Assembly (NCBI RefSeq): GCF_964355755.1 | Contig: NC_092674.1 | Span: 496,001 to 560,000 of the forward strand | From: Antedon mediterranea | Lineage: Eukaryota > Animalia > Echinodermata | Direction: 5' to 3' | Length of the DNA: 64,000 bases | Shown here: piece after piece, positions 48,489-59,500 of the stretch | How positions within the stretch are numbered: the stretch's first letter is position 1 | Layout of the letters: each line of letters begins with the position of its first letter | Notes under the pieces: generated by a model | What the model saw: the letters and a program-made list of their open reading frames with translations, nothing else | The model's database searches: none | Told to the model about the DNA's origin: nothing | Position numbers and translations under genes: made by a program

Positions 48489-49900
48489 AAACTAGAAAGC
48501 CACTCCGAGAGTGCATACCTCCGCCTACTGTAAAATTCTCCTACATAAGGTTTCTCCGGTAAAAAAGAAATATATATATATATATATATATGACGTATAT
48601 ATATATATTTGTCTGTGTCTTAATGCTGTTTGTGATTTAGGCTAATTTCACTACAAGCATGTGTATGCGAGTTTGGTGTAATGGTTTTTGTAACAAGCCT
48701 TTCAATTAACAATAGCTTCAGTTGACTAACAATAGAACAGCAACGCGAAAATCAAACAAGTGAATTTGAAAAGAAATAGGTTTTTTTAATTTCATTTCAT
48801 TTATTTCGTCTCACATAATTATAACAACAAAATAACAAACAATAGAGAGAGACAGGATTCCCAAAAGCGAACTAAATCAAACTATCAAGTGGGTCTCCAG
48901 CAAAACATAATCATCCAACAATAAAATACAAAATTACAACATTAAAAACAACGTGAAGATTAAAAAGTACAAAATATCTATACAAAAGTTACCCAAGACA
49001 TTATAATTATTATTATTATTATAGTTATTATTACTGTTAAATATCACAGATATCAAATGAAGTTTCAATTTTTCGTGGATTAATGGCCGATAGTTGTAAA
49101 AGAATAAAAGAAAATATTTTGCTTAAAATAACATTTTAATTTATTAATAAATAAGCCTAAGTTAATCGGGAGCGTATTTCTAAGATCCTGAGGCAACCTA
49201 TCCCATGAGCGTTGAAACTGCTTAAATGTAGAACATTTAGAATTGTCAGTCCTACCAAACTTGTGAACAAATCTTAGATCATTGTCACGCCTGAGGTTAA
49301 TCTGAACAAAATAAAAAAATATTTGTTATAGAGACATTTGGAAACAAAGGAAATCAATAGGTAATTTATACGACCATCAAAGGACGGAAGACCAAGAACT
49401 CCAAGTCTCTGCTCATAAGACAGGGTGCCCCAGGATTTAGGTATACAGACCCTGGTGGTCATGCGGCGTTGAACCCTCTCTAAAGATTCAATCTCTCCCT
49501 TTCGATACGTAAACTTCTACTAAACTACTCGCATCAAAAAAACTTGCACATTAAATCAAATTATCTTTTAAATTTACAAATCACAAATTATACCTCTTGC
49601 CTCTTGTACAAAAATGAAGTTTTTTGGACAAGTAGTTCTCGAGTTCTCTATTTGTTACTTTAAGACTGCTCGCCGGCTTTTGGGAAATTCTGTCCTATCT
49701 TTTAACACTAGCAGGTCTGAACAGTATACCGAAAAAGTGGTCCAGAATTGGGACCATGGTCCCAAAATTTAATGGAATGGTCCTTGACCACATATCTATC
49801 CGTATATTCATTTTGGTAAAGATCTTGTAATTACTTTTTGAGTAATCCTGCTAACAAACAAACAAACACACGCTACCGATTACATATACCTCGGAGGTAA
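48489..49900 (+). mobile_element. HINE/DINE-like (non-autonomous Helentron-type) element hosting a LINE fragment
   Basis: 5' AACTAGA..GAGAGTGCATACCTCCGCC; 3' (CAAA)n microsatellite followed by the terminal palindrome TACCTCGGAGGTA. Family assignment is from recalled architecture only. Confidence 0.45.
48781..49508 (-). mobile_element. 5'-truncated CR1/L2-type LINE relic
   Basis: Minus strand reads YRKGEIESLERVQRRMTTR..LSYEQRLGVLGLPS (CR1-group ORF2 C-terminus), then WDRLPQDLR, and a 3' tail AATAAATGAAATGAAA. Confidence 0.78.
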
Positions 49901-50021
49901 ATAAATAACTGTAATAATAAAAACATAATATAAGATAAACTACATTAACCAAACAAAGACCGGGGACGACAGGTGGCAACGGTGCCTGGATTCGTCGTTA
50001 GGTATATTCATCCTGGGAAAT

Positions 50022-50031
50022 GGGGATTTCC
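50022..50031 (+). promoter_or_regulatory. Consensus NF-kB site upstream of the first coding exon of the TNF ligand
   Basis: GGGGATTTCC fits GGGRNNYYCC exactly. Function untested. Confidence 0.4.
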
Positions 50032-50362
50032 AGACTGCTTGTTTATTTGTCACCCAACCGTTATGGATGTCATAATACAAAACAAACTATTTCTGGCCTA
50101 TACATTGCAAGTACAAAGGGTATCGAAAGTATATGATGACATAATCAATGTCGAAATATTGAACAATAACACGTTAAAAACAAGTTTTACTGGTTTTATT
50201 ATTAGAAATTACGCAATAAGAAGCATACAATTTGTATCATTTATTAAATTCAAAACTTTTAATAATATTAAAAACAGAAAGTTTCGAAGGATACGAGTAT
50301 TAATAGTAGTAGGCTAAAAACACACATTTATTTATTTAACATTCAGATGTGATTTCATAATC

Positions 50363-52832
50363 ATGGAAGCTAAAGATACACCGACGCACTACGAACAAGA
50401 CGACGTCTTCGTTGAAAATGGAGGTTGGGCGAATGGAAGGCGTCCTTCGTATAGACGTTCATCCAGTACAACAACGTCACAAACACCATTTCTGATTAAA
50501 GATCAAAACTACGTAAGAAGAATATCAGAACCCGTAGAAGTAGGCGTAGGCCTACCTGTATACATTGATTCACACGTTGCCAAACAGAAGAACTTTAAAA
50601 CAGCTGTGATCGGTGTAATTATGTTAATAGTTCTGGTGGCTGGTTGCGTTATCTGTTTTTATAGAATAGAGGACAGAACCAATGATTTACAAAGACAATT
50701 AACAGAAATGAAGGCAGAGTTAGAAGCTTTGAAAAAAAGCAGTTCACAACGTGCCTCAACGAATGATGGAGAAGACGCTAAAAGAGAGTGCGTCTGCGTG
50801 CCAAACACGCAGGAAGACGCGATCAACCAGGGAGATTCTTCGGATGAAAAGTCATCCATTTTGCAATGTTGTACAAAAGATAGTAAGCAAGTAAAGACCA
50901 TCATTGAAGAGGTAACATTTTCAATTGAACTTCAATAGTTAAAACATACTGTATGTTTAACGATGCCAAATCACACCGTTAATTACGGCGTCGTAATACT
51001 GAAGTGAAATCGCCTTGCATTTCAACGAGCGCAAAGCGGAAATGACGAAACGAATTACTTCAGCCAAAGATGAATTTAAACCCTATTACTATGGATAACA
51101 TTTTTTTTTTGCGTTTCCAGGTTGTCCAAGAGAGATTACATTTCAAATTACCAGATAATGATGACAGTCCTACTAAGCCTGTGCTTAACGTCCCACACAA
51201 GCCTATCGAATTCAAGAAGAGCACAGCGTTTGCCCATGTGAACGGAATAGCAAGCACTGGACCCGGAAATAATAAAATGAAAAGTAACGGATTATTACTA
51301 AAATCGTCATAAAAACCCAGGGGTTTATTGTCTGCATGGACCTACCTGAAATGTATTGGCTAAGGTCCAATGGGTACAGAAAAATATCTTCCGCTTTGGA
51401 AATCTATAAATAGCTAGACCGGTAATCTGTACAGTCTACTTAACCTTTTTAAACTTTGTGTCTCTGGAGTCACGTTCACAATTTATCCAGGTACCTTGCT
51501 ACTAGGTACCTATTGATAATAATACAATCATAATAGAAACTGTCAATCTTGTAGAAAAAGTAGGTCTACTGATATAATACTCATGTACTTTGTTTAGGCC
51601 TACAGCTACGTTTATTAACCTCAAACCTCATCCAATTATTATAATTAAAAATAGTTTATTATAACTATCATTAATATTATATCTAATTATTATTCTTCCT
51701 TTTTAAAGACTATATAACCAGTTGGAAGGACAAGCCGCAGCTATCAGAACGCATTTCGTACCACAGAGGACGCATAACGATAGAAAACACAGGCGTCTAC
51801 TTTGTATACAGTCAAATATACTTTTATCAAGAGTCAGACATTAATCAAAATGAACCAGTGAACAAAACACAGCCTTCTGCTCACGATGCCATGGTGAGTT
51901 GGTCATAAAATGTATCCATCAATGCTAATAAAAAGGCCAATTTTACCACTCTAAAATGAGCATTAGAAAACATACAGAGGCCCAACAACAACAGAAACTT
52001 ACTTTAGTCATTTCGAATCAGATTATTGTAATCGTTTTATTTACAGGACTCATTGTTTGTTAACTGACAGTACAGTACAAAGATTAGCTCAACTGCATTT
52101 TACAAAACACTTTATATATTGCCAGGGGTCAGTATAGTTCGTCACGCTAGAAACGACTTGTAAACAGTGATAGTTTCCAAAAGTTTTGAACGTTTATAAA
52201 AAGTCAAGGTTATACACCAACTATTAAAACGATACTTTAAAAATAGGTTAGATCGGAAAGCCTTCTTTTCCCCGCGATTGTCGAATTGAATAATCCACCA
52301 ACATACATTATAATAAGAAAACCACCACAAAACATTCTAACTAGGAAACATTAGTGTCTAGAAAAATAACAAAACATATCAAATAGGGGCACCATCTTCG
52401 GTTCTGGACGTAAATTATCCGTACGTACTACTACATTGTCTTCTTTTCGAATTATTTGCTCATTGTGGTTTAAGCGTCACGGCACTCTTACTTATTATTT
52501 AATGTCAACCTCCTCCAATGTAGACAATCAACTCTTTCGTCTTTTGATGATTTCAAAGTTTCTTGACATGCATTCATTTCTCTCTGCAGCTCCATGAGAC
52601 CTGCGTGAATGGTGAACCGATCATGAAGAGTGCCGTTCCATTTCGAGAGTACACAAGCAAGTACCACGGTGGAGTATTCGAACTTAAAAAGGGGGATAGA
52701 ATTTGCGTACGGGTCTCAAGCGACGACTATCAAGTCAATATGGACCCAGAACTATCATTTTTTGGCGTGTATGGATTACAGGAGTCTTCACCAGAACTGC
52801 CAACAACCAAGCCACACACAACCACTGAATGA
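50363..52832 (+). CDS. TNF ligand superfamily member (type II membrane protein, TRAIL/RANKL-like), 379 aa, 4 coding exons
   Basis: Exons 50363-50911, 51121-51283, 51709-51893, 52590-52832 join in frame. Cytoplasmic N-terminus, TM AVIGVIMLIVLVAGCVICFY, coiled coil, CVC..CC stalk, TNF homology domain AFAHV..W..GRITIENTGVYFVYSQIYF..SKYHGGVFELKKGDRICVRV..SFFGVYGL. Confidence 0.92.
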
Positions 52833-54397
52833 AGAAGTTAAGAGTGGACAAAATGTGGAATCACAAACGTGCAGCTGTGTTATAGTATTTGCGAATAATT
52901 ATTGTACAACGCACTTTCATAACTGAAATCTAGAGCGTACAACTGGGGGTATAAACATTGCGCGCGGAGAACATTACACTCATTTACCTTACGAGGTATA
53001 TGAACAAAACAGTAGGCCTAACTGTGTTTCATGAATTCATGAATCCGAAATAAACATTTCAAGCATCGGATTATGGTCGGGTGGGGTGGTTATGGGAAAA
53101 TATATACAGTATACATTAATACGTATTACGTATTTGGTGAAAATCCATCTACTATTCTGACAAACTAACATAGGCGCGGCCTATTCTACTTCGTTCATTC
53201 CACATAATGTCACATTAAAATGACACGCATGGCTAAAATGTTCAATACAATATTTTGTGTCATACCGTTCCAAGGGAATTAAAAACACAACGCTGTTTTT
53301 ATTCACATACCATATCCTGATTTAAAAGTATAGAAAACAGTCTTTTGTATCCTTATTGTATAGGAGGCTTGTTCAGGGTCAAATATGCGAAACCAAATTG
53401 TAATTCAAATGTTTGCCCTATTAAACTTCTCGACTTTCTAAAAAACTATAGTCGCGATGTAAAAACCCACACAAGGAACTACTAAATTTATCAAATTACC
53501 TAATAATTATCCGATTTTTCCAGTTAATCTCCATTATCTCCTTGCTTTGACTCATGTAGGAGTAGGCCTATTCAAACTTCCAAACGATTATGGAGTTTTG
53601 AGTATTGATTGATTATCCAATTAATCGGAACACAGCACTAAAACATTTTATATAATTATGGGATTATCTTTTATCATTATCATGATGACGTTATCGTATT
53701 TATCAATTTACAATTTGGGACTTGAATCAATAAAATGATAGGACCAGATAACGGTTAAGTTAATTTGTTTTACCCAGTGAACTTGTAATCGAAGTTTCAT
53801 TTACAAGGTCTTATTCAAACAAACAAAAAGCTAAGAAAATAATATTATTATCGCAGGCATAATCAAGTAAATGATCTCCCTGGTTTAGATTACAATGTAG
53901 GCTACAAAGCTGGTATACTAATACAATTAAATATACTAATGTTATATGTTATTCATTAGGACGACCAGGAAATATAGTACCACCTCAAATTCTGTCAGTT
54001 AAATGTATTCATATTGTTACCCGATAGGACTCCGATAGCGTTGTATATTACAGTACCGCTATCCCTATTATTAAGCACTGCATGACTCGTATTTGTGTAA
54101 ATAATTTGTACAGTATTCCACAAAAGGTTAGAATGTTATATTAAGCGGCCCGCAATGCATCAACTCTCATATAAACTTTTTTTCCTGGATCCATGGGGAG
54201 CACATTATACTCGCTTGCCTATTTTACATTCCTGTTAACAAATAGAACATTCCAATGTATAATGGTGTACCGGTACCATATATGCAAAAAAAAAATGTAT
54301 TCAACAATTGTTTATAATGTATATTGATTGTAAGTAAGAGGAGATGTTTCTTTGAACAAAGAAGCGTTTATTTATTTTAAATAAATACACAAATAGA

Positions 54398-56236
54398 AAC
54401 TTTACTGCGTGTTGTACTTGCTTTATACCGGGTTAAACTTGACTGCGTATTGTACTTGCTTTATACCGGGTTAAACTTTACTGCGTGTTGTACTTGCTTT
54501 ATACCGGGTTAAACTTTACTGCGTGTTGTACTTGCTTTATACCGGGTTAAACTTTACTGCGTGTTGTACTTGCTTTATTCCGGGTTAAACTTTACTGCGT
54601 GTTGTACTTGCTTTATACCGGGTTAAACTTTACTGAGTGTTGTACTTGCTTTATACCGGGTTAAACTTTACTGAGTGTTGTACTTGCTTTATACCGGGTT
54701 AAACTTTACTGAGTGTTGTACTTGCTTTATACCGGGTTAAACTTTACTGCGTGTTGTACTTAACTTGCTTTATACCGGGTTAAACTTTACTGAGTGTTGT
54801 ACTTGCTTTATACCGGGTTAAACTTTACTGCGTGTTGTACTTGCTTTATACCGGGTTAAACTATACTGAGTGTTGTTGTACTTGCTTTATACCGGGTTAA
54901 ACTTTACTGCGTGTTGTACTTGCTTTATACCGGGTTAAACTTTACTGCGTGTTGTACTTGCTTTATACCGGGTTCAACTTTACTGCGTGTTGTACTTGCT
55001 TTATACCGGGTTAAACTTTACTGAGTGTTGTACTTGCTTTATACCGGGTTAAACTTTACTGCGTGTTGTACTTGCTTTATACCGGGTTAAACTTTACTGC
55101 GCGTTGTACTTGCTTTATACCGGGTTAAACTTTACTGAGTGTTGTACTTGCTTTATACCGGGTTAAACTTTACTGCGTGTTGTACTTGCTTTATACCGGG
55201 TTAAACTTTACTGCGTGTTGTACTTGCTTTATACCGGGTTAAACTTTACTGCGTGTTGTACTTGCTTTATACCGGGTTAAACTTTACTGCGTGTTGTACT
55301 TGCTTTACACCGGGTTAAACTTTACTGCGTGTTGTACTTGCTTTACACCGGGTTAAACTTTACTGCGTGTTGTACTTGCTTTACACCGGGTTAAACTTTA
55401 CTGCGTGTTGTACTTGCTTTATACCGGGTTAAACTTTACTGAGTGTTGTACTTGCTTTATACCGGGTTAAACTTTACTGCGTGTTGTACTTGCTTTATAC
55501 CGGGTTAAACTTTACTGAGTGTTGTACTTGCTTTATACCGGGTTAAACTTTACCGAGTGTTGTACTTGCTTTATACCGGGTTAAACTTTACTGAGTGTTG
55601 TACTTGCTTTATACCGGGTTAAACATTACTGCGTGTTGTACTTGCTTTATACCGGGTTAAACTTTACTGCGTGTTGTACTTGCTTTATACCGGGTTAAAC
55701 TTTACTGCGTTTTGTACTTGCTTTATACCGGGTTAAACTTTACTGCGTGTTGTACTTGCTTTATACCGGGTTAAACTTTACTGCGTGTTGTACTTGCTTT
55801 ATACCGGCTTAAACTTTACTGCGTGTTGTACTTGCTTTATACCGGGTTAAACTAATTACTGCGTGTTGTACTTGCTTTATACCGGGTTAAACTTTACTGC
55901 GTGCTGCACTTGCTTTATACCGGGTTAAACTTTACTGCGTGTTGTACTTGCTTTATACCGGGTTAAACTTTACTGCGTGTTGTACTTGCTTTACACCGGG
56001 TTAAACTTTACTGCGTGTTGTACTTGCTTTATACCGGGTTAAACTTTACTGCGTGTTGTACTTGCTTTATACCGGTTAAACTTTACTGCGTGTTGTACTT
56101 GCTTTATACCGGGTTAAACTTTACTGCGTGTTGTACTTGCTTTACACCGGGTTAAACTTTACTGCGTGTTGTACTTGCTTTATACCGGGTTAAACTTTAC
56201 TGCGTGTTGTACTTGCTTTATACCTATACCGGGTTA
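54398..56236. repeat. 38-bp satellite, about 48 copies
   Basis: Unit AAACTTTACTG(C/A)GTGTTGTACTTGCTTTATACCGGGTT, head-to-tail with no spacers. Confidence 0.96.
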
Positions 56237-56320
56237 ATTGTCAAATCATTGTAGTCGAACTTTCCTAGAAATTGTCGTAAAGTTTAATATCCGTCACGTT
56301 TAACATGTCCTTAGTAGAAG

Positions 56321-56358
56321 CATGGAGAAATAAGTTATTTATAACTTATTTCTCCATG
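56321..56358. mobile_element. 38-bp palindrome with a 7-bp flanking duplication (putative P-superfamily excision footprint)
   Basis: GTAGAAG-CATGGAGAAATAAGTTAT-TT-ATAACTTATTTCTCCATG-GTAGAAG. Confidence 0.65.
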
Positions 56359-57544
56359 GTAGAAGAATGAAGAAACTTACATGATGCAAATTGGAAACAT
56401 CAAATAACCAACAATTATGACTAAATACAAAATAAGTTGATTTAAATTACGATTCCGAGGAGATAAAAAAGGAGTGGAAATGTTATAGACATTTTGTATG
56501 GGTAGAAAGGAAAGAAAGGATAATAGCCTGCACAACGCAAGTTTAAAAAAACCTAATTACGATAAATATAGGCCTAGGTTACTCGCATTCAAAATAATCG
56601 AATTACAAATAATGCACCTATTATACAGTAGGCCTATTTGCTGTAATGTACTTTATACTAAATTGAATGAATTTATTCAGGGAAAAGGGTTACAGTTCTC
56701 TTATCTTAGTAATACAGCGATGGGAATATCCGGCAGCGGCTATATACATAAGTGGATAACAGAAAATAAACAATAGACAATAGATATTCAAAAATAAATA
56801 AAAGGAAAATCCGCGTGAAGATTTAATATCTGTACCTGGAAGCCGTTATCAAACAACAAACAAATATAAATCAAGCAACCTAACAGTTTTAGATTTTGAA
56901 TAGAGATAAGGACAACAACTATTTATTTTTATTTTCTTAAATTCCATATTTTAAACGTTTAGGATCCCTTTGGAAACAAACTGAAGGTTTTGTCATTAAT
57001 GTCGTCTTGTATTTGATTTTATGTATACTCTGGTATTGTTATGAGAATTTCCAAATCAATCAATTTGAGAAAATGGAAAATAGGTTTGGGGAACATGAAC
57101 CATGCAAGTGAAACGATAATGTAAGAAAAGACTAGTTCGGCGAAGAATAAGATGGTACACCGCGAGGCGAGAGAACACTACTATTGTTATATTGTTCCAA
57201 TATTTATTGTCGTTATCATTCATCAACATATCTTAGTAAACAAAAAAAACCGGTAGGTAAACAGTAGGACCTACACGGAAAAACCAAATGTGTTTGTTAT
57301 GTTCAAACTGTGTTTGATATAATAGGACTTTTAAATGTTATGTAAACCAAAGGTAAACGTGATCTTCTATGGATACCATCCTATTGTGTTCAATCTCAAA
57401 CAATCGAAAATGGCGCGACAGGAGATAATAAAGGTATTTATTATAAACCTCGAGATTAAATAGGAACAAGTAAAGTCGAATTAAGCCCTTTCCGGATCGA
57501 CGACAGTCAGCAGTGCATACTCATATCAGCACACCTACGGACAA

Positions 57545-57640
57545 TCCCCTACTGTTTTCTGTACTGTGCACAAAGTTCTTTAACGTGCATTAGGCCTATG
57601 TACACGGGACCAACGGCTTTACGTCCCATCCGAAGTACAT
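57545..57640 (-). mobile_element. Deu/Nin-domain SINE core fragment
   Basis: Reverse complement CTTCGGATGGGACGTAAAGCCGTTGGTCCCGTGT...GCACGTTAAAGAAC resembles the conserved Deu/Nin SINE core (recalled, not searched). Confidence 0.6.
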
Positions 57641-58229
57641 CCAAATGAAAAACAAACCTGACACAAATAAGCAAACACCACAATTGCAGTTGTCTATCAA
57701 ATCAATTTATACAAAACTCATTTCAAAGTGAAATAAATATATATATATATTACTGTATATACAACTTAATACGGTTTTGCAAACGATCTCGATTGCACAG
57801 TTCTGACATATAACAAATTCACTGTCAATAAAAACAAGAAGGATAGTAATAATGTCATAATCCTTGCTGCATACTCAGTAACAGTATAGGCGTTGCCATC
57901 CAAAACCTTTAGTACCAGTAACTATTTTTTAAACAATCGGTAATATGCATGTGCTTTCATCCAAAGCCTTCGGATATCAATGTTTATTATTTCACTAATC
58001 CAAATAATAGATTTTCTAAATCGTTGATTTTAAGTGTCTTATTCTATAGTAGATTACATATCCATACTTAGGCAGCTTCATATTTAAATAGTTTTTAAAT
58101 TGATCCCCCTTGAATTGATAACAAGGACAAATAAAATATCTTGAATATAAATACTTGACAAAGATTTTGGTTTTTGTCTACATAGCACCACTGGAGGCGT
58201 TTTGATAATTCTTTGATGAATTACATTTT

Positions 58230-59500
58230 GCATGGCTGTTTTTTATTACCTCTTACTCCAATATAAGGTGCTACCTCTTTACTGGATTCCTTCTTGCATT
58301 GTTATTGGTACTATTACCTCTTCCTCCAATACAAGAAGCTACCTCTTTACTGAATTCCTTCTTGCATTGTTATTGGTACTATTACCTCTTCCTCCAATAC
58401 AAGGTGCTACCTCTTTACTGAATTCCTTCTTGCATTGTTATTGGTACTATTACCTCTTACTCCAATACAAGCTGCTACCTCTTACTCCAATACAAGCTGC
58501 TACCTCTTTACTCCATTCCTTCTTGCATTGTTATTGGTTCCATTACCTCTTACTCCAATACAAGGTGCTACCTCTTTACTCAATTCCTTCTTGCATGGTT
58601 ATTGGTTCCATTACCTCTTACTCCAATACAAGGTGCTACCTCTTTACTCCATTCCTTCTTGCATTGTTATTGGTTCCATTACCTCTTCCTCCAATACAAG
58701 GTGCTACCTCTTTACTGGATTCCTTCTTGCATTGTTCTTGGTACTGTTACCTCTTCCTCCAATACAAGATGCTACTACCTCTTTACTCAATTCCTTCTTG
58801 CATTGTTATTGGTTCCATTACCTCTTACTCCAATACAAGGTGCTACCTCTTTACTGGATTCCTTCTTGCATGGTTATTGGTTCTATTACCTCTTACTCCA
58901 ATACAAGGTGCTACCTCTTTACTGAATTCCTTCTTGCATGGTTATTGGTTCTATTACCTCTTACTCCAATACAAGGTGCTACCTCTTTACTCCATTCCTT
59001 CTTGCATTGTTATTGGTTCCATTACCTCTTAGTCCAATACAAGGTGCTACCTCTTTACTGGATTCCTTCTTGCATGGTTATTGGTTCCATTAACTCTTAC
59101 TCCAATACAAGGTGCTACCTCTTTACTGGATTCCTTCTTGCATGGTTATTGGTTCTATTACCTCTTACTCCAATACAAGGTGCTACCTCTTTACTCCATT
59201 CCTTCTTGCATTGTTATTGGTTCCATTACCTCTTACTCCAATACAAGGTGCTACCTCTTTACTGGATTCCTTCTTGCATTGTTATTGGTTCTATTACCTC
59301 TTACTCCAATATAAGGTGCTACCTTTTTACTGAATTCCTTCTTGCATGGTTATTGGTACTGTTACCTCTTACTCCAATATAAGGTGCTACCTCTTTACTC
59401 AATTCCTTCTTGCATTGTTATTGGTTCCATTACCTCTTACTCCAATACAACGTGCTACCTCTTTACTGAATTTTTTCTTGCATGGTTATTTGTACTATTA
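58230..59500. repeat. 68-bp minisatellite, about 18 copies, overlapping the INTS6 stop codon and 3' UTR
   Basis: Unit TTACCTCTTACTCCAATACAAGGTGCTACCTCTTTACT(GG/CC/GA)ATTCCTTCTTGCAT(T/G)GTTATTGGTTCCA. Source of ORFs 58232..59548. Confidence 0.93.

Noticed and set aside
54398-56236. 38-bp array of CRISPR-repeat length
   Set aside because: No spacers; a simple head-to-tail satellite.
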